Part shown: piece after piece, positions 10,500-21,252 of the stretch
Position numbering within the stretch: the first letter of the stretch is position 1
Layout of the letters: each line of letters starts with the position of its first letter
Source of the DNA: Escherichia coli
Lineage (GTDB): Bacteria; Pseudomonadota; Gammaproteobacteria; Enterobacterales; Enterobacteriaceae
Length of the DNA: 64,000 nt
NCBI RefSeq assembly: GCF_003334815.1
Contig: NZ_QOWO01000002.1
Strand: one strand, 5' to 3'
Program-made: the position numbers and the translations under genes
The notes under the pieces: model-generated
Database searches by the model: none
What the model saw: the letters and a program-made list of their open reading frames with translations, nothing else
What the model was told of the DNA's origin: nothing

Positions 10500-11633
10500 G
10501 TGAATGACGCTATCCCTCGCCCGCAGGCGAAAACCCGTAAGGCGCTGACGCCGCTATTAGAAATCCGCAACCTGACCAAATCCTACGATGGTCAACATGC
10601 GGTGGATGATGTCAGCCTGACCATCTACAAAGGTGAAATCTTCGCGCTGCTGGGCGCATCCGGCTGTGGCAAGTCCACGCTGCTGCGTATGCTGGCAGGT
10701 TTCGAACAACCTTCTGCCGGACAGATAATGCTTGATGGCGTCGATTTGTCACAGGTTCCGCCTTACCTGCGCCCCATCAATATGATGTTTCAGTCTTACG
10801 CGCTGTTTCCGCATATGACCGTGGAACAGAACATCGCTTTTGGCCTGAAACAGGACAAACTACCGAAAGCGGAAATTGCCAGCCGGGTCAATGAGATGCT
10901 CGGCCTGGTGCATATGCAGGAGTTCGCCAAACGCAAACCGCATCAGCTTTCCGGTGGTCAGCGACAACGTGTGGCCCTGGCCCGAAGCCTTGCGAAGCGC
11001 CCGAAACTATTACTGCTCGATGAGCCGATGGGCGCGCTGGATAAAAAGCTGCGTGACCGGATGCAGCTTGAAGTGGTGGATATTCTGGAGCGCGTCGGTG
11101 TGACTTGTGTGATGGTCACCCACGATCAGGAAGAGGCGATGACCATGGCGGGGCGCATCGCCATTATGAATCGTGGGAAATTTGTCCAGATTGGCGAACC
11201 GGAAGAGATCTACGAGCATCCGACTACCCGCTATAGCGCCGAATTTATTGGCTCGGTAAACGTCTTTGAAGGCGTACTCAAAGAGCGTCAGGAAGATGGC
11301 CTGGTGCTTGATTCGCCGGGGCTGGTGCATCCACTGAAAGTCGACGCGGATGCCTCGGTGGTCGATAACGTGCCGGTACATGTGGCGCTGCGCCCGGAAA
11401 AAATCATGCTTTGCGAAGAGCCGCCCGCCAATGGTTGTAACTTCGCGGTGGGGGAGGTGATACACATTGCCTATCTCGGCGATCTTTCGGTGTATCACGT
11501 TCGTCTGAAAAGTGGGCAGATGATTAGCGCCCAGCTACAAAACGCCCATCGTCATCGTAAAGGGTTACCGACCTGGGGCGACGAAGTGCGTTTGTGCTGG
11601 GAAGTGGACAGCTGTGTGGTGCTGACGGTTTAA
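10500..11633 (+). CDS. potG: Putrescine ABC transporter ATP-binding protein PotG
   Basis: GTG start giving MNDAIPRP...; Walker A GASGCGKST, ABC signature LSGGQRQR, Walker B LLLLDEP. Confidence 0.9.
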   Translation: MNDAIPRPQAKTRKALTPLLEIRNLTKSYDGQHAVDDVSLTIYKGEIFALLGASGCGKSTLLRMLAGFEQPSAGQIMLDGVDLSQVPPYLRPINMMFQSYALFPHMTVEQNIAFGLKQDKLPKAEIASRVNEMLGLVHMQEFAKRKPHQLSGGQRQRVALARSLAKRPKLLLLDEPMGALDKKLRDRMQLEVVDILERVGVTCVMVTHDQEEAMTMAGRIAIMNRGKFVQIGEPEEIYEHPTTRYSAEFIGSVNVFEGVLKERQEDGLVLDSPGLVHPLKVDADASVVDNVPVHVALRPEKIMLCEEPPANGCNFAVGEVIHIAYLGDLSVYHVRLKSGQMISAQLQNAHRHRKGLPTWGDEVRLCWEVDSCVVLTV

Positions 11634-11642
11634 GGAGCAAAG

Positions 11643-12596
11643 ATGAGTACACTTGAACCTGCTGCCCAGTCGAAACCGCCGGGCGGATTTAAGCTGTGGT
11701 TGTCGCAGCTGCAAATGAAGCATGGGCGCAAACTGGTCATTGCGTTGCCATATATCTGGTTGATCTTGCTGTTTCTGCTGCCATTTCTGATTGTCTTTAA
11801 AATAAGCCTGGCGGAGATGGCGCGCGCTATTCCACCTTATACCGAACTGATGGAGTGGGCTGACGGGCAACTGTCCATCACTCTTAATCTCGGTAATTTT
11901 CTGCAACTGACCGACGATCCGCTCTATTTCGATGCTTATCTCCAGTCGCTACAGGTGGCTGCGATTTCGACATTTTGCTGTTTACTGATCGGCTATCCGC
12001 TGGCGTGGGCGGTGGCGCACAGTAAGCCTTCGACCCGTAATATTTTATTACTACTGGTGATCCTGCCGTCGTGGACCTCGTTTCTGATCCGCGTTTATGC
12101 CTGGATGGGAATATTAAAAAACAACGGTGTGCTGAATAATTTTCTGCTGTGGCTGGGGGTTATCGATCAACCGCTGACCATTCTGCATACCAATCTGGCC
12201 GTTTATATCGGCATTGTTTACGCTTACGTGCCGTTTATGGTACTGCCGATTTATACCGCGTTGATTCGTATTGATTATTCGCTGGTGGAAGCAGCGCTGG
12301 ATCTCGGTGCACGACCGCTGAAAACGTTCTTTACTGTGATCGTGCCGCTGACTAAAGGTGGGATTATTGCCGGATCGATGCTGGTGTTTATCCCGGCTGT
12401 GGGCGAGTTTGTGATCCCGGAACTGCTCGGTGGCCCGGACAGCATCATGATCGGGCGCGTGCTATGGCAAGAGTTTTTCAATAACCGCGACTGGCCGGTG
12501 GCCTCGGCGGTAGCGATCATCATGTTGCTGCTGCTAATTGTGCCGATAATGTGGTTCCACAAACACCAGCAAAAAAGCGTGGGAGAACACGGATGA
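11643..12596 (+). CDS. potH: Putrescine ABC transporter permease PotH
   Basis: 317-aa polytopic membrane ORF; operon position. Confidence 0.95.
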   Translation: MSTLEPAAQSKPPGGFKLWLSQLQMKHGRKLVIALPYIWLILLFLLPFLIVFKISLAEMARAIPPYTELMEWADGQLSITLNLGNFLQLTDDPLYFDAYLQSLQVAAISTFCCLLIGYPLAWAVAHSKPSTRNILLLLVILPSWTSFLIRVYAWMGILKNNGVLNNFLLWLGVIDQPLTILHTNLAVYIGIVYAYVPFMVLPIYTALIRIDYSLVEAALDLGARPLKTFFTVIVPLTKGGIIAGSMLVFIPAVGEFVIPELLGGPDSIMIGRVLWQEFFNNRDWPVASAVAIIMLLLLIVPIMWFHKHQQKSVGEHG

Positions 12597-13438
12597 ATAA
12601 TTTACCGGTAGTTCGTTCGCCCTGGCGGATTGTGATTTTGCTGCTGGGCTTTACCTTTCTCTACGCGCCAATGCTGATGCTGGTTATCTATTCGTTTAAC
12701 AGCTCGAAGCTGGTGACGGTGTGGGCCGGCTGGTCAACGCGCTGGTATGGTGAGTTATTGCGCGATGACGCGATGATGAGTGCGGTTGGTTTAAGTCTGA
12801 CAATTGCGGCCTGTGCGGCGACGGCGGCGGCGATCCTCGGAACTATTGCGGCGGTGGTGCTGGTGCGCTTTGGCAGGTTTCGCGGATCAAATGGCTTTGC
12901 CTTTATGATCACCGCGCCGCTGGTAATGCCAGATGTCATCACGGGCTTGTCGCTGTTGTTATTATTCGTCGCGCTTGCTCATGCCATTGGCTGGCCTGCG
13001 GACCGCGGTATGCTCACCATCTGGCTGGCGCATGTCACTTTTTGTACGGCTTATGTGGCGGTCGTTATTTCTTCAAGATTGCGGGAACTGGATCGCTCGA
13101 TAGAAGAAGCAGCGATGGATCTCGGTGCGACGCCGCTGAAAGTGTTTTTCGTCATTACGCTACCGATGATCATGCCCGCGATCATTTCTGGCTGGTTACT
13201 GGCTTTTACTTTGTCGCTTGATGATCTGGTGATCGCCAGCTTTGTTTCCGGGCCGGGAGCCACCACGTTACCGATGCTGGTCTTTTCCAGCGTGCGGATG
13301 GGGGTGAATCCGGAAATCAACGCCCTGGCAACATTGATCCTCGGCGCGGTCGGAATTGTCGGATTTATCGCCTGGTATCTGATGGCTCGCGCAGAAAAAC
13401 AGCGGATACGCGACATCCAGCGTGCAAGACGTGGCTGA
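12593..13438 (+). CDS. potI: Putrescine ABC transporter permease PotI
   Basis: 281-aa ORF from ATG 12593, overlapping potH stop (ATGA); membrane protein. Confidence 0.9.
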   Translation: MNNLPVVRSPWRIVILLLGFTFLYAPMLMLVIYSFNSSKLVTVWAGWSTRWYGELLRDDAMMSAVGLSLTIAACAATAAAILGTIAAVVLVRFGRFRGSNGFAFMITAPLVMPDVITGLSLLLLFVALAHAIGWPADRGMLTIWLAHVTFCTAYVAVVISSRLRELDRSIEEAAMDLGATPLKVFFVITLPMIMPAIISGWLLAFTLSLDDLVIASFVSGPGATTLPMLVFSSVRMGVNPEINALATLILGAVGIVGFIAWYLMARAEKQRIRDIQRARRG

Positions 13439-13497
13439 AGACACTAAAATTTGCCAACCTGGCTACATAATGCCGCGCATGTCGCGGCATTGTTTTC

Positions 13498-13986
13498 ATG
13501 GAAGACGAAACGTTGGGATTTTTTAAGAAAACATCTTCATCTCATGCTCGCCTGAATGTGCCTGCGCTGGTGCAGGTGGCGGCGCTCGCCATTATTATGA
13601 TCCGTGGCCTCGACGTGCTGATGATTTTCAATACGCTGGGCGTGCGCGGTATTGGCGAGTTCATTCATCGCAGCGTACAAACCTGGAGTTTAACGCTGGT
13701 CTTTTTAAGCAGTCTGGTGCTGGTTTTCATTGAGATCTGGTGTGCGTTTTCACTGGTGAAAGGGCGTCGCTGGGCGCGCTGGCTATATCTGCTGACACAA
13801 ATCACCGCCGCAAGTTACTTGTGGGCGGCTTCGCTGGGGTACGGTTATCCGGAGCTGTTCAGCATTCCCGGTGAATCAAAACGTGAAATCTTCCATAGCC
13901 TGATGCTGCAGAAGCTGCCGGATATGCTCATCCTGATGCTGCTGTTCGTTCCCTCGACCAGTCGGCGGTTCTTCCAGTTGCAATAA
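13498..13986 (+). CDS. ybjO: Inner membrane protein YbjO (DUF2593)
   Basis: 162-aa hydrophobic ORF; synteny. Confidence 0.85.
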   Translation: MEDETLGFFKKTSSSHARLNVPALVQVAALAIIMIRGLDVLMIFNTLGVRGIGEFIHRSVQTWSLTLVFLSSLVLVFIEIWCAFSLVKGRRWARWLYLLTQITAASYLWAASLGYGYPELFSIPGESKREIFHSLMLQKLPDMLILMLLFVPSTSRRFFQLQ

Positions 13987-14026
13987 TGTGTATAATCGTC
14001 GCCCCTGATGATGTGAAGGTCAATGT

Positions 14027-15154
14027 ATGCAGTGCGCACTTTACGACGCGGGTCGCTGTCGTTCCTGTCAGTGGATAATGCAGCCGATTCCAGAGCAACT
14101 CTCCGCTAAAACCGCCGATCTTAAAAATCTGCTCGCCGACTTTCCGGTTGAGGAATGGTGCGCGCCGGTGTCAGGCCCGGAACAAGGGTTTCGTAATAAA
14201 GCCAAAATGGTGGTGAGTGGTAGCGTTGAAAAACCACTGCTCGGTATGCTGCATCGCGATGGCACACCAGAAGACCTTTGTGACTGCCCGCTTTATCCTG
14301 CCTCATTTGCGCCCGTTTTTGCGGCGCTAAAACCGTTTATCGCCCGAGCGGGGTTAACGCCCTACAACGTGGCGCGTAAGCGTGGCGAACTGAAATACAT
14401 TCTGCTGACTGAAAGCCAGAGTGATGGAGGCATGATGCTGCGCTTTGTACTGCGTTCTGATACCAAGCTGGCGCAACTGCGTAAGGCGCTGCCGTGGTTA
14501 CACGAACAACTACCGCAGCTGAAAGTTATTACCGTCAATATTCAGCCGGTACATATGGCGATTATGGAAGGGGAGACGGAGATCTACCTGACCGAACAAC
14601 AGGCACTGGCGGAGCGTTTTAATGACGTACCGCTGTGGATCCGTCCGCAAAGTTTCTTCCAGACTAATCCGGCGGTCGCCAGCCAGTTGTACGCCACCGC
14701 GCGCGACTGGGTACGACAGCTGCCGGTTAAACATATGTGGGATCTGTTCTGCGGTGTGGGGGGCTTTGGTTTACACTGCGCGACGCCTGACATGCAGTTA
14801 ACCGGGATCGAAATTGCATCAGAGGCCATTGCCTGTGCAAAGCAGTCAGCCGCTGAACTGGGCTTAACGCGTTTGCAATTTCAGGCGCTGGACTCCACTC
14901 AGTTTGCCACCGCTCAGGGGGATGTGCCGGAGCTGGTGCTGGTTAACCCGCCGCGCCGCGGCATTGGTAAACCGCTGTGTGATTATCTCTCAACGATGGC
15001 ACCGCGTTTTATCATCTACTCCAGCTGTAACGCCCAAACTATGGCGAAAGATATCCGCGAACTGCCTGGGTTTCGTATTGAACGGGTGCAGCTTTTCGAT
15101 ATGTTCCCGCATACCGCGCACTATGAAGTGCTGACGCTGCTGGTGAAGCAATAA
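14027..15154 (+). CDS. rlmC: 23S rRNA (uracil747-C5)-methyltransferase RlmC (RumB)
   Basis: 375-aa [20 protein letters not shown]... with N-terminal Cys cluster and SAM-MTase motifs. Confidence 0.95.
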
Positions 15155-15180
15155 AAAAGCCGCATGTGCGGCTTCAGATT
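15155..15180. terminator. Hairpin AGCCGCATGTGCGGCT with flanking A/T runs between rlmC and artJ
   Basis: Perfect 6-bp GC-rich stem; T-run follows on minus strand, A-run precedes on plus strand. Confidence 0.5.
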
Positions 15181-15204
15181 GCTGACAAAGTGCGCGTTGT
15201 TTAT

Positions 15205-15302
<98 letters not shown>

Positions 15303-15352
15303 AATTTTACCTTTGTCATCAGTCTCAAGCCGCGGTTGCGGCTTTCTGAATC

Positions 15353-16084
15353 TTACTGTGGGAACCACTGGTCACTGATTTTTTGATAAGTACCGTCAGC
15401 TTTAATTGCTGCCAGCGCGTTATTCAGTTTTTCCAGCAGGGCTTTGTTATCCGGACGTACAGCGATGCCCAGGCCGGTGCCAAAATATTGCGGATCGGTC
15501 ACTTTCTCAGTAGCAACACCAAGTTGTGGATTGGTTTTCAGCCATTCGTTTACCACCGCTGTGTCACCAAATACCCCATCAATACGACCATTTTTCAGAT
15601 CGATAAAGGCATTCTGATAACTGTCATAAGAGACAGTTTTCACTTCCGGGTGCTGATCCTGAATATATTTCTGGTGCGTAGTACCGTTTTCCATCCCAAT
15701 ACGTTTGCCTTTCAGATCGGCAAACGTTTTGTAGGTATCTTTTTTGGCAATCACGACGGCTGAGTTTTCATAGTAGGGCGTGGTAAACGATACCTGTTTG
15801 CTACGCTCCGGGGTGATATCCATACCGGAGATTACGGCGTCATATTTTCTGAATTTCAGGGACGGGATCAGGCTGTCGAACGCGTGATTAGTAAAAGTAC
15901 ATTCTGCCTGCATTTGTTTGCACAAGGCTTTTGCCAGATCGATATCAAAGCCGACAATCTCATTATTAGCACCTATAGATTCAAAGGGTGGATAGGTGGC
16001 TGAAACGCCAAAATTGATTTTCTCTGCGGCAGAAGCACCGAAAGTAAAGGAAGCAAGTAAAGCGGCAAGAACTAACTTTTTCAT
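15353..16084 (-). CDS. artJ: Arginine ABC transporter periplasmic binding protein ArtJ
   Basis: 243-aa ORF from ATG 16084 (MKKLVLAALLASFTFGASA signal peptide); paralogue of artI. Confidence 0.95.
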   Translation of the reverse strand: MKKLVLAALLASFTFGASAAEKINFGVSATYPPFESIGANNEIVGFDIDLAKALCKQMQAECTFTNHAFDSLIPSLKFRKYDAVISGMDITPERSKQVSFTTPYYENSAVVIAKKDTYKTFADLKGKRIGMENGTTHQKYIQDQHPEVKTVSYDSYQNAFIDLKNGRIDGVFGDTAVVNEWLKTNPQLGVATEKVTDPQYFGTGLGIAVRPDNKALLEKLNNALAAIKADGTYQKISDQWFPQ

Positions 16085-16153
16085 GATGGAACTCCCGTCT
16101 GTCAATCTTATGATTTTTGGCCGTGTCTGCGGCATGGGATAACAATGCCATCA

Positions 16154-16171
16154 AGTGAATTTATATGCAAT
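16154..16171. promoter_or_regulatory. ARG-box-like motif (putative ArgR operator) upstream of artJ
   Basis: GTGAATTTATATGCAATA resembles ARG box TGAAT-N4-ATTCA with one mismatch; 70-90 bp upstream of artJ start. Confidence 0.35.
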
Positions 16172-16193
16172 AAACATGATTAAATAATTTAAA

Positions 16194-16232
16194 TGAAATA
16201 AAAAAGACGGACAACTTAGTGGGTTGTCCGTC
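16194..16232 (-). terminator. Intrinsic terminator downstream of artM
   Basis: On minus strand hairpin GACGGACAAC...GTTGTCCGTC followed by TTTTTTATTT. Confidence 0.65.
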
Positions 16233-16255
16233 TTCATTATAAGAATTTATGCACT

Positions 16256-16346
16256 ATGTAGGCCGGATAAGGCGTCCCCGCCGCATCCGGCACAGGCACC
16301 GTGCTGATGTCTGATGCGACGCTGGCGCGTCTTATCAGACCTACAA
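16256..16346. repeat. REP/BIME element pair
   Basis: GTAGGCCGGATAAGGCGTCCCCGCCGCATCCGGCAC ... GATGCGACGCTGGCGCGTCTTATCAGACCTAC. Confidence 0.8.
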
Positions 16347-16374
16347 AACCCCCCGGCGAATGTACGCAGCCACA

Positions 16375-17043
16375 TTAATTTCGCCGTTCGAATGCCAGCG
16401 CTTTGCGCTCGATCAGACGCATCATCAGCGTCAGCAGGCCGTTAACGACCAGGTAAATAATCCCTGCCGCACCGAACACCATTACATCGTAGGTGCGTCC
16501 GTACAACAACTGGCTGTATCCCATCACTTCCATCAGCGTAATGGTGTATGCCAGAGAGGTACTTTTGAATACCAGCACCACTTCGTTGGAATAAGAAGAG
16601 AGCGAGCGTTTAAAGGCATACGGCAGCAGGATCGCCAGCGTATCTTTTTTGCTCATTCCCAGGGCGCTACAGGACTGCCACTGACCTTCCGGGATCGCAC
16701 GAATTGCACCGTAAAACAGCTGCGTGGTATACGCCGCACTATTCAGCGACAACGCAATCAGCGCACATAACCACGGTTCTGACAACAAATGCCACAGTGC
16801 CGGATACTCCTGCAAAGTCGGAAACTGGCCCGGCCCGTAATAAATCAGGAAGATCTGCACCAGCAGCGGCGTACCGGTAAACAGCGTGATATAACCCCGC
16901 ACCAGCCACACCAGCACCGGCGTTTTCAGCGTCAGGATGATGGTAAAAATCAATGCCAGAATCAGTGCCACAATCAGCGAGGCAACGGTTAGCGTCAGGC
17001 TGGTGTGTAGCCCTTTCATCAGTTCGGGTAAATACTCAAACAT
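16375..17043 (-). CDS. artM: Arginine ABC transporter permease ArtM
   Basis: 222-aa membrane ORF; start overlaps artQ stop. Confidence 0.95.
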   Translation of the reverse strand: MFEYLPELMKGLHTSLTLTVASLIVALILALIFTIILTLKTPVLVWLVRGYITLFTGTPLLVQIFLIYYGPGQFPTLQEYPALWHLLSEPWLCALIALSLNSAAYTTQLFYGAIRAIPEGQWQSCSALGMSKKDTLAILLPYAFKRSLSSYSNEVVLVFKSTSLAYTITLMEVMGYSQLLYGRTYDVMVFGAAGIIYLVVNGLLTLMMRLIERKALAFERRN

Positions 17044-17759
17044 TAGCTGGGCCTCCGCTCAAAACGTGTCGCGCGCAGGTCAATGCGTTTGAGAATGTAC
17101 TGACTGAGCAGGGTGATCACCAGGTAAATCGCCGCCGCCACAATGTACCAGGTAAATGGTTCCTGGGTACGAGTAGCGATGCTTTTTGTTTGCAGCATTA
17201 AATCATTCACACTAATCAAACTGACCAGCGCGGTATCTTTCAGCAGCACCAGCCACTGGTTACCGAGGCCAGGCAGCGCATGACGCCACATCTGCGGCAT
17301 CACCAGACGGAAAAAGATAGCCGATTTCGACAGCCCCAGCGCCTGACCAGACTCCCACTGACCCACCGGCACCGCTTTCAACGCGCCCCGAAGCGTTTGC
17401 GAGGCATAGGCGGCATACAGCAGTGACAGAGCGATGACACCACAAAGGAACGGGCTAACGTCGAAGTTCTCAATGTCCATCTGCACTGGGATCTGCACGA
17501 ACCCAAGATTGATAGTGAAGCCATCCGAAAGCGTCAGCAGCAGCTGCGAGGAGCCAAAATAGATAAACAGCACCACCAGAATTTCTGGCAGGCCACGCAG
17601 AATGGTTACCAGCGCTGAACCTGCCCACGCGACAGGACGCCATTTTGCCGACTCCCATACCGCAAAGAACATCGCCAGCGCCAGCCCGACAATCAATGCA
17701 CAAACGGCAAGGCCGACGGTCATCCCGGCGGCGCTTGCTAAAGGAAAAAATTCATTCAT
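17043..17759 (-). CDS. artQ: Arginine ABC transporter permease ArtQ
   Basis: 238-aa membrane ORF. Confidence 0.95.
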
Positions 17760-17765
17760 CAGGAA

Positions 17766-18497
17766 TTACTTCTGGAACCATTTGTTGTAGATGGTTTCGT
17801 AAGTGCCATCTTTCTTCACTTTTTCCAGCGCAGTGTTGAGTTTCTGCTGCAGCTCAGTGTTGCCCTGACGTACCGCGATGCCGAGGCCAGTGCCGAAGTA
17901 ATCTTTATCGGTCACTTTGTCGCCCACCGCCGCCAGTTTCGGGTTATCTTTCAGCCACTCAGTGACCACTGCGGTGTCACCGAAGACGCCGTCGATACGC
18001 CCGTTTTGCAGATCCAGTTTTGCGTTCTGGTAGCTGTCATACGGAACGGTAGTGATTTCCGGGTGCTTATCCATAATGAATTTCTGGTGTGTCGTCCCGT
18101 TCTGTACGCCGACTTTTTTGCCTTTCAGCTGATCAACACTGGTGTATTTGCCTTGCTGACCCACAAACAGGGCAGAGTTGTCATAGTACGGGGTGGTAAA
18201 CAGCACCTGCTTTTCACGCTCCGGAGTGATATCCATGCCCGCCATCACGGCTTCTACGCGACGGAATTTCAGGCTTGGGATCAGGCTGTCAAACGCCTGG
18301 TTAGAGAAAGTGCAGGTTGCATCAATCTCTTTACACAGCGCTTGTGCCAGGTCGACGTCAAAACCAACGATCTGGTTGTTTGCATCAATCGATTCAAACG
18401 GAGGATAGGAGGCTTCGGTAGCAAAACGAATGGTTTCGGCAGCTGTGGCGGAAAGACTAAAACCTGCAATTAACGCGGCAATCAGAACTTTTTTCAT
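17766..18497 (-). CDS. artI: Arginine ABC transporter periplasmic binding protein ArtI
   Basis: 243-aa ORF with signal peptide MKKVLIAALIAGFSLSATA; paralogous to artJ. Confidence 0.95.
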   Translation of the reverse strand: MKKVLIAALIAGFSLSATAAETIRFATEASYPPFESIDANNQIVGFDVDLAQALCKEIDATCTFSNQAFDSLIPSLKFRRVEAVMAGMDITPEREKQVLFTTPYYDNSALFVGQQGKYTSVDQLKGKKVGVQNGTTHQKFIMDKHPEITTVPYDSYQNAKLDLQNGRIDGVFGDTAVVTEWLKDNPKLAAVGDKVTDKDYFGTGLGIAVRQGNTELQQKLNTALEKVKKDGTYETIYNKWFQK

Positions 18498-18514
18498 TGT
18501 TGTTATCCCGAATC

Positions 18515-19243
18515 TTAGTGAGAGAGATAGTTTTTAAATGCTTCGGTTTGCGGCTCGGTAAAGCAGCTCGCGTCGCCTTGTTCTACGATATGACCATTTT
18601 CCATATACACCACTCGGCTGGCGGTTTTACGCGCCACTTCAACTTCGTGGGTGACGATCACCTGGGTAATATTCGTTTCTGCCAGCTCACGAATGATGCT
18701 GACGATTTGTGCCGTAATTTCCGGGTCCAGTGCGGCGGTCGGTTCATCGAACAGCAGTACCTGCGGTTCCATCATCAACGCACGGGCAATAGCAACACGC
18801 TGCTGCTGACCACCAGAAAGATGCAGCGGGTAACGATCGCTATAAGGTTTGAGACGCAGACGTTCCAGCAGTTTTTCTGCACGGGCCAGCGCCTGATCTT
18901 TACTCAACCCCAGTACACGGCAGGGCGCTTCAATCAGGTTTTGCTGCACGGTCAGATGCGGCCACAGGTTGTATTGCTGAAACACCATGCCAACGTTACG
19001 ACGCAAATCGCGAATCGCTTTGTCAGAGGGTGTTTTGGTGAAATCGAAATGGTTGCCTGCAATGTTGAGCGTACCGGAGCGCGGCATCTCAAGCAGATTG
19101 AGTACACGCAGCAGCGAGCTTTTACCCGCGCCGCTGGGGCCAAGTAACACCAGCGTTTCGCCCTGTGGGCAATCCAGCGTGATATCGAACAGCGCCTGAT
19201 GCGCGCCGTAGAAGCAATTAATGCCGTTTAATTGAATACTCAT
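18515..19243 (-). CDS. artP: Arginine ABC transporter ATP-binding protein ArtP
   Basis: 242-aa ORF from ATG 19243 ([13 protein letters not shown]...); Walker [10 protein letters not shown], signature LSGGQQQR. Confidence 0.95.
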
Positions 19244-19460
19244 TGACACTCGTATACTGGCAGTCTGATAGCTATTGAGGTCGAAGATAGTACCTTTGAC
19301 AGAATAATTATGCAATATTTCTGCTTTAAAAGTTAAAAGCAAAGCGCATTATTCAATAAACATAGCACAAAATAACGGGGGCGGTGGTCGGCGAGCATAA
19401 ATGTCGGCATTCCTCACGAAATGCCGGACAATTTACGGGGTTTATTGGTTGATCAAGGCG

Positions 19461-19976
19461 TTAGCGATTCTCGATGGACTGACGGAGCGTACCCGCCGTG
19501 GCATGAACGCTACCGCCTAAGTAACGCACATCGTCGATGACCCAACACTGGCCTTCCTGAATCATTAACACTTCATCCTGCCAACCCTGGTCACCCTGTT
19601 TGAGATCCACGCGCAATGGAATGTTACGGGCATCACGATTAGGGATAGTCGATGCACTGGCAACGTGGGCGCTATCTGGCAAGGTGGTTCGACTGGAGAA
19701 TGGATCGTTGGTCAGTAGTTCCCGATGGTTATTATCCCGGGAGGCATCGCTAAGCAGTGTCGCCAGTTTGTCGCTCAGATAAGGGCGCAAGGCGGTGATG
19801 TCGTTGCTGCGGTGCAAAATGCGGTAGTCATAAAATTGCTGGGCCACGTTATCCGGGCCTCCTTCAACGCAAGGACCACTGCGTGTGCCGTTATCTTTAT
19901 AAGCTGGAGTGACTGTGGTGCAGGCACTGAGGAGCAGTGCGCAGGGGATAAGCATTGTCAATTTGCTGTAGCGCAT
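19461..19976 (-). CDS. ybjP: Lipoprotein YbjP
   Basis: 171-aa ORF with lipobox LLSAC. Confidence 0.85.
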   Translation of the reverse strand: MRYSKLTMLIPCALLLSACTTVTPAYKDNGTRSGPCVEGGPDNVAQQFYDYRILHRSNDITALRPYLSDKLATLLSDASRDNNHRELLTNDPFSSRTTLPDSAHVASASTIPNRDARNIPLRVDLKQGDQGWQDEVLMIQEGQCWVIDDVRYLGGSVHATAGTLRQSIENR

Positions 19977-20101
19977 AATGATTTCCTTATAAGCGATCGC
20001 TCTGAAAGCGTTCTACGATAATAATGATATCCTTTCAATAATAGCGTATCAGTCTGATAATGCTTTTGAGATCGAAGGCTTAGCAAACAAGGAGATCGAT
20101 C

Positions 20102-20425
20102 ATGCAATTTTCTACAACCCCAACTCTGGAAGGCCAGACCATCGTTGAATATTGCGGTGTGGTGACCGGCGAAGCGATTTTAGGTGCCAATATTTTCCGT
20201 GATTTCTTTGCCGGTATCCGCGATATCGTTGGCGGACGTTCCGGTGCGTATGAAAAAGAACTGCGTAAAGCACGGGAGATCGCCTTTGAGGAATTAGGCT
20301 CCCAGGCGCGGGCGCTGGGGGCCGATGCCGTCGTCGGTATTGATATCGACTACGAAACGGTCGGGCAAAACGGCAGTATGCTGATGGTTAGCGTCAGCGG
20401 TACGGCGGTGAAAACGCGTCGATGA
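20102..20425 (+). CDS. ybjQ: UPF0145 family protein YbjQ
   Basis: 107-aa ORF; 4-bp overlap with amiD start. Confidence 0.85.
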
Positions 20426-21252
20426 GAAGATTCTTCTGGCTGGTCGCTGCCGCTCTGTTATTGGCAGGGTGTGCAGGCGAAAAAGGCATTGTCGAGAAAG
20501 AGGGATATCAGCTTGATACCCGACGCCAGGCGCAGGCGGCGTATCCGCGCATTAAAGTGCTGGTGATCCACTACACCGCAGATGATTTTGATAGCTCGCT
20601 GGCGACACTGACCGATAAGCAGGTCAGCTCGCATTATCTGGTCCCTGCGGTACCACCGCGATACAACGGTAAACCGCGCATCTGGCAACTGGTGCCGGAA
20701 CAAGAACTGGCCTGGCATGCGGGGATTAGCGCCTGGCGCGGGGCAACGCGCCTTAACGACACCTCTATTGGCATTGAGCTGGAAAACCGTGGCTGGCAAA
20801 AATCGGCCGGAGTGAAATATTTTGCCCCGTTTGAACCGGCACAGATTCAGGCGCTTATTCCACTGGCGAAAGATATTATTGCCCGTTATCACATCAAGCC
20901 GGAAAACGTAGTGGCACATGCGGATATCGCACCGCAGCGCAAAGACGATCCGGGGCCATTATTTCCCTGGCAGCAACTGGCGCAGCAGGGGATTGGTGCC
21001 TGGCCGGATGCGCAGCGGGTTAACTTTTACCTTGCCGGGCGCGCGCCGCACACACCGGTAGATACCGCGTCATTGCTGGAGCTTTTGGCGCGCTACGGTT
21101 ATGACGTTAAACCTGATATGACACCGCGCGAGCAGCGGCGCGTGATTATGGCATTCCAGATGCATTTCCGCCCGACGTTATATAACGGCGAAGCGGATGC
21201 AGAAACTCAGGCGATTGCCGAAGCATTGCTGGAGAAATACGGGCAGGATTAG
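20422..21252 (+). CDS. amiD: N-acetylmuramoyl-L-alanine amidase AmiD (lipoprotein, amidase_2 family)
   Basis: 276-aa ORF with lipobox LLAGCAG. Confidence 0.9.

Noticed and set aside
19244-19460. ARG boxes upstream of artP
   Set aside because: AT-rich motifs with partial TGAAT/ATTCA similarity (around 19300-19360) but no clean 18-bp match; too ambiguous to call.
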